Source of the DNA: Bacteroidetes bacterium HGW-Bacteroidetes-4
GTDB taxonomy: Bacteria > Bacteroidota > Bacteroidia > Bacteroidales > SZUA-534
DNA length: 64,000 bases
Reading direction: 5' to 3'
Assembly (NCBI GenBank): GCA_002840905.1
Contig: PHDD01000012.1
Span: forward strand, 80,144-144,143
A program made the position numbers and the translations under genes. Below are positions 37,453 to 46,647 of this stretch, piece by piece; position 1 is the stretch's first letter; the number at the start of each line of letters is the position of its first letter. The notes under the pieces are model-generated. The model saw nothing but the letters and a program-made list of their open reading frames with translations, did not search any database and was not told the DNA's origin.

Positions 37453-38780
37453 GCTTTTACATTTCTTAGTGTTTTTTTGTATACCTGATAAACTTTTTTT
37501 GCCGGTTTATCCCATATTAAATTATTGGCTTCGGCAAGTCCGTTTTGTTTAATAAAATTGCTAAGTGCCGGATAACTTAGTATGGAATAAATGGCATTGG
37601 CCATTTTATCGATGTCCCAAAAGTCGATTTTTATGGCATGCTTAAGAATTTCGCTTACGCCCGATTGTTTTGAGATGATAACAGGAACTCCCGATTGCAT
37701 GGCTTCTAATGGTGAAATACCGAATGGTTCCGAAACCGAAGGCATAATATAAAGGTCGCTTTTAGAAAACATTTTAAGTACATCAGCTCCTTTTAAAAAT
37801 CCGGTAAAATGAAATTTGTCGGTAATGCCTAAACGAGCAGCCCGTTCTACCATTTTATGCATCATATCTCCACTTCCCGCCATAACAAAGCGAACATTTT
37901 CCATTTTTTGGAGTACTTTGTTTGCTGCTTCAATAAAATACTCGGGGCCTTTTTGTAAGGTTATTCTGCCTAAAAAGGTTACAATTTTTTCATCAATGCC
38001 ATTTTTTAAATTTGTTTGCTTGATGGGTAAACCAATTGGCTCCACCGCATTGTGGATGGTTACAACTTTTTTTGGTGAAATGGAATAATTGGCTATGACA
38101 GTGTTTCGGGTCAGATTACTAACAGTAATAATGGCATCGGCCCGATTCATTCCTTCTTTTTCTATGGCATATACTGTTGGGTTTACACTTCCGCCACTGC
38201 GATCGAAATCGGTAGCATGTACATGCAAAACCAATGGTTTGCCTGATGCTTGTTTAGCGGCAATTCCGGCGGGATAAGTTAGCCAGTCGTGTGCATGAAT
38301 TATATCAAAATCATAAATTTTGGATAACTGAGCAGCAACCAGACTGTAATTGTTTATTTCATTGTAAAGATTGGTGCCGTAACCTCCCGAAAAAGGAATT
38401 CGTCCCTGCGAATCGGTTTGCAACAAAAGTTGTTTTTCATTTGAGGATTCTCGTTTCAGTTGGTAATAATCTTCGGGCGAGGTATAAGGAATTATTTTTG
38501 AACCCACTTCGACCCATTCCATTAATTTACCATAGTTTAATTCATAAGCTACCTGAGTAATTTTAACCGGAATCTGGTTTGCACCAATTAATTGCACGTG
38601 TTTGGATTCTTCATCACCAAAATATTTTGGCACCACAAAAATTACTTCAATGTTTTTTATTTTAGAAAGCCCCTTGGTAAGTCCATAACAGGCAGTACCC
38701 AATCCACCTGAAATATGAGGAGGAAATTCCCAACCAAACATTAGTACTTTCAACATGCTATTTTCTCTTACTTTATCCAA
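37449..38780 (-). CDS. GT4-family glycosyltransferase (glucan synthase-like)
   Basis: KVLMFGWEFPPHISGGLGTACYGLTKGL (N-terminal glycogen-synthase-like motif) and the C-terminal GT-B motif PSVSEPFGISPLEAMQSGVPVI. The start may instead be Met9 at 38756. Confidence 0.85.
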   Translation of the reverse strand: MDKVRENSMLKVLMFGWEFPPHISGGLGTACYGLTKGLSKIKNIEVIFVVPKYFGDEESKHVQLIGANQIPVKITQVAYELNYGKLMEWVEVGSKIIPYTSPEDYYQLKRESSNEKQLLLQTDSQGRIPFSGGYGTNLYNEINNYSLVAAQLSKIYDFDIIHAHDWLTYPAGIAAKQASGKPLVLHVHATDFDRSGGSVNPTVYAIEKEGMNRADAIITVSNLTRNTVIANYSISPKKVVTIHNAVEPIGLPIKQTNLKNGIDEKIVTFLGRITLQKGPEYFIEAANKVLQKMENVRFVMAGSGDMMHKMVERAARLGITDKFHFTGFLKGADVLKMFSKSDLYIMPSVSEPFGISPLEAMQSGVPVIISKQSGVSEILKHAIKIDFWDIDKMANAIYSILSYPALSNFIKQNGLAEANNLIWDKPAKKVYQVYKKTLRNVKA

Positions 38781-38942
38781 ATTCCTTTTTTTTAATCGAG
38801 TTGATTTGTTTAAACACTTACTTTTTCGCTGCTTGGTTATTATAACTCTTTGTTGAATCAGGTATTTAAAATGTTATTATTTTGTAAACAAACAATAACT
38901 GTTTTTGATGTGTAAATAGCTTAAAATATAAAGCTAAGATAA

Positions 38943-40898
38943 CTAAGGTTTTGTGTTGCGTTTGGTTAAAGCAATAAGCATCATCCGTAAACGGATAAGT
39001 TCTCCGGTATTCATGGCAAATGCAATGGCTCCTTTTGCTTTATGGGGAGGATTACCATTATATAATTCCGAGATGGAACAAAGACCATGTTGCAGAAATT
39101 CTGGTTCAAAGAATTGCAACAGACGCGAAGCAGCCCTTAGTGCACTTTTGGGATATACTTTAACCAGAGCATCGAAATACTGTGTAAACAACCAGGGCCA
39201 AACCGAACCGTTGTAAGCGGCTAATTCCCTTTCCATATGATTGCCAAAGTAATCAGGGCAATAATCGGGATCAACTGGTGACAAACTACGAATCCCTTTT
39301 TGAGTTAGCAATTGATTCTTAGCTACATCAAGAATTGTTTTTATTTGTTCATTATTTAGTGGGCTGTATGGCAATGCTGCTGCAATTAGCTGATTTGGTC
39401 TTACCTGTTGGTTGGGTTTTTCTTCAACAACAAAATCGTACAAATATCCCAAATCCTGATTCCAAAAAACTTGATTGAACGATTTTTTAACTTTGGGTTC
39501 CAGTTTTTCGAGTGTTGATACAAACGATTTGTTCTTAATTTGAGTTTTGTTTTCTAATACAAAACATAAGGCATTGTACCATAACGAAGCTAATTCGACC
39601 AGATACCCAAAACGTTTTACTAAGGCTTTTCCTTCAAATTCAGCCTGCATCCAGGAATTTTGTGGATGAGGTTTTTCAATAAAGGGTAATCCATTTGTAT
39701 GGATTTTGAAATGCTCTTTTTCAACCAGGTAAGCACTAATAATTTTTAGCACCTGTTTACCGAATAGCTTCCATAAATCCATTGCTGGAAACAGACTTTG
39801 GTATTTTTGCAAGGTCCATATAAACCATAACGGTGTGTCGGGAGCATAGGTTTTTTCCTTACACGAACTTAAGATTTCAGGAATTAGATGCCCTTGAAAG
39901 TGTATGCTTATGCTTTGTAAAAATTCAAGCGCTAATTCAGGCTTGTTAATGGGTTGCATAAGACCGGGTAATGCTATTAACGCATCGCGTGAGCGGATGG
40001 GTAACCAGGGATATCCGGCAATTACATAACGTTCTTTTTCTTTTTTTATAAAAAATTGATTGATGGTATTATGCAGGCAATTTTCAAACGTATCGCGCGG
40101 AATCTGTTTGTTAATTTCGGAATTTACTTTTTTAAGTAAACCGTTACTTTTAACAGGCTCCAGGCCGGCAGTGAATACTATTGTTTCGCCTTTTTTCAGC
40201 TGCAGTTCAAAATAACCCGGAACATATAAATCTTCTTTGTAATCGTACCCTCTTTGTTGCTCCTCGGGATATTCAATGTTGTAATACCAATCGGGCGATG
40301 CAACAAATTCGTTTTTTTTTGAAAACTGTAAAAATAATTCGGGATAATTGGTATAAATTTTTGATGAAATTCCGTTTTCTACTTTTTGATAGTGATGATT
40401 TACCTCCATATTAGCTTTTCTCAGCGTATGAATGTTTCTAAAAGCCAGAAATGGCTTTATTCGGATCAGCATAGGCTTCCGGGCTTGTTCAACTGTGTAT
40501 TTAATGTAAATCCGGTTTTCGTTGGAAGCTAATACTTTTTCTTTCGATAGTATTACATCTCCAACACGATAAACCAGCTTTGGAACCGGACTGTTCGAAA
40601 AATCGTGAAGGTATTTATGTCCTTTAGGATTATAGTTATCTCCGGCATATTTGTGCATGCCAAGGTTAAAAACCGAATGGTATTCTACAAAAGATTCCTG
40701 CACATTCGAAAGCAATACATGATGGCAATTGTCCGGTTCAGGGAGGTGACAAATAAGTAAACCATGGTACTTTCGGGTATTGCATTCCACAAGTGTTGTA
40801 CATGAATAAGAACCCAAATTATTGGTCCTTAGAATTTCACATTTAAGTGAGTATTCCAGATTAATGAGCTTTGTTTTATCTATAAGATAATTAGTCAT
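38943..40898 (-). CDS. Glycogen debranching enzyme family protein (GDE N-terminal domain plus amylo-alpha-1,6-glucosidase domain)
   Basis: Hallmark CNTRKYHGLLI near the N-terminus and an (alpha/alpha)6-type C-terminal half. I chose the start at Met28 (40898); the ORF is open up to 40979. Confidence 0.8.
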   Translation of the reverse strand: MTNYLIDKTKLINLEYSLKCEILRTNNLGSYSCTTLVECNTRKYHGLLICHLPEPDNCHHVLLSNVQESFVEYHSVFNLGMHKYAGDNYNPKGHKYLHDFSNSPVPKLVYRVGDVILSKEKVLASNENRIYIKYTVEQARKPMLIRIKPFLAFRNIHTLRKANMEVNHHYQKVENGISSKIYTNYPELFLQFSKKNEFVASPDWYYNIEYPEEQQRGYDYKEDLYVPGYFELQLKKGETIVFTAGLEPVKSNGLLKKVNSEINKQIPRDTFENCLHNTINQFFIKKEKERYVIAGYPWLPIRSRDALIALPGLMQPINKPELALEFLQSISIHFQGHLIPEILSSCKEKTYAPDTPLWFIWTLQKYQSLFPAMDLWKLFGKQVLKIISAYLVEKEHFKIHTNGLPFIEKPHPQNSWMQAEFEGKALVKRFGYLVELASLWYNALCFVLENKTQIKNKSFVSTLEKLEPKVKKSFNQVFWNQDLGYLYDFVVEEKPNQQVRPNQLIAAALPYSPLNNEQIKTILDVAKNQLLTQKGIRSLSPVDPDYCPDYFGNHMERELAAYNGSVWPWLFTQYFDALVKVYPKSALRAASRLLQFFEPEFLQHGLCSISELYNGNPPHKAKGAIAFAMNTGELIRLRMMLIALTKRNTKP

Positions 40899-41177
40899 AG
40901 CTATTTTGGGTTTATACAAATTTATGAAAAAAGCACGTAGGAGTTTGGTGTTTTTATTAAATAAAATGAATGCTGTCAAAAACTGTTAGAAATTGATTTT
41001 AGATGAATTATAACTTTAAGCGATTGTTTGAAAGGGAGTAAGAGCTTTATGCCATAAAACAGCCTGACAGAAAGCTTTTGAAAGGTAAAATATAATAGCA
41101 AAAATGTGCCTGTTCCATAAGATAAATTCTTATCTTGGTGGGAAATCAGAATTATAAATTTTTAAAACTATAGAGCT

Positions 41178-42638
41178 ATGAGTGTATTTCAAGGATTAGA
41201 ACCCAAAGACGTCTGGCACTATTTCGGCGAAATTTGTCAGGTACCGCGACCTTCGAAAAAGGAAGAAAAAATAATTGCCTACCTGATGGATTTCGGAAAA
41301 AAACACAATCTGGATACAAAAACAGATGCCGCCGGAAATGTATTGATTAGTAAGCCAGCCACAAAAGGGTTCGAAAACAAAAAACCCGTAGTTTTGCAAA
41401 GCCATATGGATATGGTTTGCGAAAAGAACAGCGAAACCAAACACGATTTTTTTAAAGACCCTATTATCCCTAAAGTTGAGGGCGATTGGGTAAAAGCAGC
41501 GGGAACTACGCTGGGCGCCGACGACGGTATTGGTATGGCTGCTCAAATGGCAATTTTAGCTTCCAATTCAATTGAACACCCGGCTCTTGAATGCTTATTT
41601 ACTGTTGACGAAGAAACAGGTCTTACCGGTGCTTTTGCCCTGGAAAAAGATTTTATTAAAGGCCGTATATTACTAAATCTTGATTCGGAAGACGAAGGCG
41701 AACTTTTTATCGGATGTGCCGGTGGTGTAGACACCATTGCCACCTATAACTTTAGAACCCGTCCGGTTCCCCCAAAATCAATTGCTTTTAAATTGTGTGT
41801 TAAAGGGTTGCGTGGCGGTCACTCGGGCGACGATATTCACAAAGGTTACGGAAATTCCAATAAAATAATCAACCGCTTTTTGTGGATGGCGACTCAAAAA
41901 TACAACATCAGAGTAAATAAAATTGAAGGTGGAAATCTTAGAAATGCCATTCCCCGTGAAGCTTTTGCCATAGTTACGGTTAAAGAAAAATATGTGGTTG
42001 ATTTTGAAAAAGATTTTTCGAACTATTGTAAGATGATCTTTAAAGAATACAAAGGAGTGGAGACAAAAATGACTTTCGACTTGAATAAAGTTGAAATGCC
42101 CCGCTTTGTAATGAAAATGAAAGATCAGTGGTCCTTACTCGATTCACTGTATGCTTGTCCACATGGAGTAATTGCCATGAGCCGCGATCTCCCCGGATTG
42201 GTTGAAACATCAACCAACCTGGCATCGGTAAAATTTTTCGAAGGGAATCTTATTGAAGTAGTTACCAGCCAGCGCAGTAGTGTTGATTCAGCAAAAACCG
42301 ATATTGCCAATCGGGTGGCCAGCGTATTTCATTTAGCCGGGGCTCAGGTGCAACATTCCGACGGATATCCCGGTTGGAATCCCAATAAGGACTCTGAAAT
42401 TCTGAAGGTTTCAGAAGAAAGTTATGAGCGCTTGTTCGGCCGAAAACCCATTGTAAGGGCTATACACGCTGGTCTGGAGTGTGGATTATTCCTTGAGAAA
42501 TATCCTGACATGGATATGGTTTCATTTGGTCCTACTTTACGCAATGTGCATTCACCCGATGAAAAAATTCATATCGGCACCGTTGAAAAATTCTGGAATC
42601 ACCTGCTCGATGTGTTAAAAAATATTCCGAATAAGTAA
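41178..42638 (+). CDS. pepD: Aminoacyl-histidine dipeptidase (M20 family)
   Basis: LQSHMDMVCEK, GADDGIGMA, FTVDEETGLTGA and IHAGLECG. Confidence 0.9.
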   Translation: MSVFQGLEPKDVWHYFGEICQVPRPSKKEEKIIAYLMDFGKKHNLDTKTDAAGNVLISKPATKGFENKKPVVLQSHMDMVCEKNSETKHDFFKDPIIPKVEGDWVKAAGTTLGADDGIGMAAQMAILASNSIEHPALECLFTVDEETGLTGAFALEKDFIKGRILLNLDSEDEGELFIGCAGGVDTIATYNFRTRPVPPKSIAFKLCVKGLRGGHSGDDIHKGYGNSNKIINRFLWMATQKYNIRVNKIEGGNLRNAIPREAFAIVTVKEKYVVDFEKDFSNYCKMIFKEYKGVETKMTFDLNKVEMPRFVMKMKDQWSLLDSLYACPHGVIAMSRDLPGLVETSTNLASVKFFEGNLIEVVTSQRSSVDSAKTDIANRVASVFHLAGAQVQHSDGYPGWNPNKDSEILKVSEESYERLFGRKPIVRAIHAGLECGLFLEKYPDMDMVSFGPTLRNVHSPDEKIHIGTVEKFWNHLLDVLKNIPNK

Positions 42639-42657
42639 GGATATAACCTATATTTGT

Positions 42658-42695
42658 ATTCCTGCCCAAAACCCTGTTGAGCAGGAATTTTTTTA
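42658..42695 (+). terminator. Rho-independent terminator
   Basis: ATTCCTGC (42658-42665), a 15-nt loop, then GCAGGAAT (42681-42688) followed by TTTTTTT. Confidence 0.7.
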
Positions 42696-42701
42696 TAAAC
42701 T

Positions 42702-43508
42702 ATGTGGAACTATCTGGTTCAGAGTTTTTCGATTAATCCGGCAACAGGTCTGGTCGATTTGAGTACACCGGTAATTATTGTACTGGTTGTGGCCGGATTC
42801 ATGGTTGGAATCATAAACACCTTTGCCGGTTCGGGCACGGTAATTACCTACAGTTTGTTTATGTTGCTGGGAGTTCCTCCGGTTGTAGCCAATGGTACCA
42901 TTCGCTTTGGTGTAATCATGCAAACACTGGCTGCATCAGCAACCTTTTGGCAAAATGGAAAACTCGATATAAAAAAAGGGTTGTGGCTTAGTGTGCCGAT
43001 AATTTTGGGAACTATATTAGGAGCACAAATAGCCGTTCACCTAAATCAGGATGTTTTTAAAATTGTATTGGTCGTTGTAATGCTTCTGATGCTTTTCTTT
43101 ATGTTTTACGATCCAAAAAAATGGCTTCAGGAGCAATTGGAGCTTACCCAAAAACGGGTGAGTTTAAAACAACACCTGATGTTCTTTACGTTGGGCTTGT
43201 ATGGCGGTTTTATTCATATAGGTGTGGGCATTTTTTTATTGGCAGTTCTGGTTCTCAATGCCGGATACGATTTGGTGAAAGCCAATGCCTTAAAAGTATT
43301 TCTGGTGTTTTTGTACAGCCCTTTTGCTTTAGGCGTTTTTATTCTAAATGATCAGGTCGCATTCAGCTACGGTTTGATATCGGCAGTGGGAAATGTTTTC
43401 GGAGGAATTCTGGCATCGCACATGGCTATTAAACGGGGCGCTGGTTTCGTTCGCTGGTTTTTGGTGATAGTTATCATTTTTTTTAGTATAAAACTGCTGT
43501 TTTTCTAG
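42702..43508 (+). CDS. TauE/SafE (TSUP) family membrane permease
   Basis: 268 aa with ~8 TM helices and an internal two-fold repeat carrying G-rich helices (FAGSGTVITYSL; LGLYGGFIHIGVG). Confidence 0.7.
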   Translation: MWNYLVQSFSINPATGLVDLSTPVIIVLVVAGFMVGIINTFAGSGTVITYSLFMLLGVPPVVANGTIRFGVIMQTLAASATFWQNGKLDIKKGLWLSVPIILGTILGAQIAVHLNQDVFKIVLVVVMLLMLFFMFYDPKKWLQEQLELTQKRVSLKQHLMFFTLGLYGGFIHIGVGIFLLAVLVLNAGYDLVKANALKVFLVFLYSPFALGVFILNDQVAFSYGLISAVGNVFGGILASHMAIKRGAGFVRWFLVIVIIFFSIKLLFF

Positions 43509-43670
43509 GAATACAGACTATTTCACAAATCTTAATTTAACTTAACTTTACAATCAAACTAAACCAATGGCAACCAATGTTGTTATTGACAGATGCAAAA
43601 TAGTTTGAAAAACTATTTGCAGATAATATGGATTTTTTGAATTTTGCGCATTAATAGTAACCCGGGCAAT

Positions 43671-44735
43671 ATGGCTAAGAAAAAAAATAAATCGACAAAA
43701 AAAATTCGCACCTTTTTTATTACACTTGGATTGGTGGTTCTGGTAGGTGGAGGATTTAAAATCTTTCAACTTTACCGTCAGGTCGAAGAGACTAACATAA
43801 ATCTTGATGGTAAAAAAGAAGTTTACATCTATATTCCAACCGGCTCCGATTATAAAGACGTAACTAATATTCTTTATGCTAATAATTACATAATTAACCG
43901 GGCATCGTTTGAGTGGGTTGCCGAGAAAAAAGGTTATGCTGGATTGGTGAAACCCGGAAAGTATAAGCTCAAAGACGGAATGAGCAATAATCAATTGATT
44001 AATTTGTTACGAAGCGGGAAACAGGTTCCTGTAAAGTTGGTATTTAATAAAATCCGAACCAAAGATCGTTTTGCAGGCATCATATCCAATCAAATTGAAG
44101 CGGATTCGCTTGAACTGTTGAAATTACTAAATAACGAAAGCTTTTTATCTGATTATGGCTTGAATCGGGAAACCGCTTTATGTCTTTTTATTCCAAACAC
44201 CTACGAGTTATATTGGAATACCGATGCCAAAGCCTTTGTAAAACGAATGGATAAGGAATTCGAAAACTTCTGGAATAAAACACGGCTCGAGAAAGCCAAT
44301 AGCATGGGACTTAGCCGTGAAGAAGTGATAACCATGGCCTCAATTGTTGAGGAAGAAACCGTGAAAAACGATGAAAAGCCGCGTGTGGCCGGGGTTTATT
44401 ATAACCGTATTAAAAAGGGCATGCGCCTGCAGGCCGACCCAACGGTTCGCTTTGCTGTGGGCGATTTTGAAATTAAAAGAATTTTAACCAAGCACCTTTC
44501 GATCGACAGTCCTTACAATACCTATCGTAAGGCAGGTTTGCCTCCTGGGCCCATCTGCATTCCAACAATTTCAAGTATTGATGCGGTATTAAATTACGAA
44601 AAACACAGCTATTTGTATTTTTGTGCCAAAGATGATTTCTCGGGTTATCATGCCTTTGCAAAAACCCTGCAGCAGCACAATGTAAATGCCGAAAAATACC
44701 GTAAGGCTTTAAATAAAAACCGCATATACCGGTAA
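43671..44735 (+). CDS. mltG: Endolytic murein transglycosylase MltG (YceG-like)
   Basis: N-terminal TM anchor, ASIVEEETVKNDEKPRVAGVYYNRIKKGMRLQADPTV and YNTYRKAGLPPGPICIPTISSIDAVLN. I prefer the ATG at 43671 over the TTG at 43644. Confidence 0.85.
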   Translation: MAKKKNKSTKKIRTFFITLGLVVLVGGGFKIFQLYRQVEETNINLDGKKEVYIYIPTGSDYKDVTNILYANNYIINRASFEWVAEKKGYAGLVKPGKYKLKDGMSNNQLINLLRSGKQVPVKLVFNKIRTKDRFAGIISNQIEADSLELLKLLNNESFLSDYGLNRETALCLFIPNTYELYWNTDAKAFVKRMDKEFENFWNKTRLEKANSMGLSREEVITMASIVEEETVKNDEKPRVAGVYYNRIKKGMRLQADPTVRFAVGDFEIKRILTKHLSIDSPYNTYRKAGLPPGPICIPTISSIDAVLNYEKHSYLYFCAKDDFSGYHAFAKTLQQHNVNAEKYRKALNKNRIYR

Positions 44736-44741
44736 TAAAAA

Positions 44742-45530
44742 CTACTTACTTTCTTCAATTTTTTTATACGCGGTAATCATTCCACGAATAAGTGCCGCAC
44801 TAAAACCCTGATGCTCCATTTCGTTTAAGCCCGTAATGGTAATTCCTTTGGGAGTGGTAACGGTATCAATTAATGCTTCCGGATGTTTTCCACTGCTGAG
44901 CAGCAATTCTGCAGCTCCTTTTACGGTTTGATTGGCAATTTGTGTCGCCGTTTTTGAGTCGAAGCCAATTTGAACACCAGCCTGAACCATGGCCCGGATA
45001 AACCGTAAGGCAAAAGCGGTTCCACAGGCACCCAATACCGTGGCCGACTCCATCAGTTCTTCGTTTATTACCACCGTTTCGCCAATAGCATTGAATACTT
45101 TTTTAACTTGCTCTAATTTGAGTGCATCAGCGCCATTTTTACTCAAACAAGTTGCCGATTGCCCCACACTTGCTGCCACATTGGGCATGGCCCGGAATAC
45201 GTTTGTAGTTTGTCCGGCATGTTGCTTAAGTTCATTCAGGGTAACTCCGGTAGCAGTAGAAACAATGATGTGTTCGTCGGTAAAATAAGGGCTGAGTTCG
45301 GCAATTACTTTCAATATGCGATAGGGCTTTAAGGTAAAAAAAAGGATTTTATTTTCTTTAACGGCTTTAATATTGTCCGATGTAACCTGAACACTTTTCT
45401 GTTCAAGCCATTCAAGGGCTTCGGTGTTTCTGCGGGTAGCTGTAAGCTGAAACGCTTCTCCGCTTTTAATAAAACCTTCAACCAAACTTAATCCCAGGTT
45501 TCCGCAGCCAATTATTGCAATTTTAGTCAT
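44742..45530 (-). CDS. proC: Pyrroline-5-carboxylate reductase
   Basis: Rossmann KIAIIGCGNLGLSLVEGF, a C-terminal dimerisation domain and VTTPKGITITGL. I chose the start at Met16 (45530). Confidence 0.9.
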   Translation of the reverse strand: MTKIAIIGCGNLGLSLVEGFIKSGEAFQLTATRRNTEALEWLEQKSVQVTSDNIKAVKENKILFFTLKPYRILKVIAELSPYFTDEHIIVSTATGVTLNELKQHAGQTTNVFRAMPNVAASVGQSATCLSKNGADALKLEQVKKVFNAIGETVVINEELMESATVLGACGTAFALRFIRAMVQAGVQIGFDSKTATQIANQTVKGAAELLLSSGKHPEALIDTVTTPKGITITGLNEMEHQGFSAALIRGMITAYKKIEESK

Positions 45531-45780
45531 TAGTATATTATATATTAATATAAATATGAGATAAAAAGAGAACAAATATAACTAAATATTGCAAAACGAT
45601 TATAAAATGAATTATTATAGATGCAATTTGTAGCAATATGCATTTTGTATGTCGAAAGGAGAGAGGTTCTTTCTGATGAACTGAACCATTGAATTTAAGT
45701 TCAAATAGAATGACTGGAAAAGCGGGTACCAGTAAGCGGAATATGGGAACTGGATGAGGATTTTAGGGTATAAACCCTGA

Positions 45781-45969
45781 ATCAATGGAATTATAGGTCA
45801 AATCAACCGGGATAATTGCCTAATCAACGTGGATAAATGCTTGATTAACGGAGATAAATGGTTAATCAACAGGGATAAATGCTTGATCAACGGGGAGATT
45901 TACCGTATTAATAGGGATATTTGCCTGATCAACGGGGATAATTTGAAAATCAACAGGGTAAAAAGTTGC
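45781..45969 (+). repeat. Nine contiguous 21-bp tandem repeats, consensus ATCAACNGGGATAAATGCYTG
   Basis: Read directly. Units start at 45781, 45802, 45823, 45844, 45865, 45886, 45907, 45928 and 45949, with no indels or spacers. Confidence 0.95.
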
Positions 45970-46571
45970 TAGGTCTCAAACACCTCGGTATTTCCTTTGG
46001 TAGCCTTTTTTCGAAGGGTTTTTATGAATTTTATATCGCAACGACTAAGCTCGTCCGACTTCAGTAATTCAAGGCAACGGGCAAAACGCCCCAAATGACG
46101 GTTTGCTTCAGCTTTTAGTAACACCTGTTCCGGATTTTCAGCATCGAGTAAGTCTTCCAGTGCCTCCAGATTGTCAATCCAATGCATCTTAAAATCGGGA
46201 TTATTCAAAAGTTCATCATTGCCCAAAGGATGATGCGTTCCAAAATACCAAAGCTCTTTTCGTAAATAAATTTGCTGGTCAAGGCTGAGCTCTTTTGAGT
46301 TCTTTAGTAACTCAAAATAGTGTTCCATCGATGGTTCAGCAGCTTTAGTATAACTTTCCTTTTCATTTAAATGAAGTCGTATTTCCAACGATTCATAGAA
46401 AAATACTTCGTCGCAAACGGGGCATTGCACCAGCTTTGATACGTTGGGTAAATTAGGCCCGATAGCAAAACCATCGCTGTAGAAAATGGCATCTTCAGTA
46501 GTACTATTTGTTGGTATGGAATGGCTTAAATTCACACAACAATAGGGGCACTCAAAAGCTATGGTTTTCAT
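45969..46571 (-). CDS. Hypothetical protein with an N-terminal CxxC...CxxC zinc-ribbon
   Basis: 200 aa. It has ECPYCC...QCPVCD cysteine pairs followed by a helical C-terminal domain. No family was recognised. Confidence 0.6.
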   Translation of the reverse strand: MKTIAFECPYCCVNLSHSIPTNSTTEDAIFYSDGFAIGPNLPNVSKLVQCPVCDEVFFYESLEIRLHLNEKESYTKAAEPSMEHYFELLKNSKELSLDQQIYLRKELWYFGTHHPLGNDELLNNPDFKMHWIDNLEALEDLLDAENPEQVLLKAEANRHLGRFARCLELLKSDELSRCDIKFIKTLRKKATKGNTEVFET

Positions 46572-46647
46572 GTGTTTTAGATTAAAGGTAAAAAAAATGG
46601 TTACCTTTTTTAAAGATAACCATTTTTATGTTTTTATATGTCTTTGC

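Noticed and set aside
45781-45969. A CRISPR array
   Set aside because: The units are directly contiguous with no spacers. They are 21 nt long with no internal dyad symmetry, and no cas genes are nearby. It is a tandem minisatellite, not a CRISPR.
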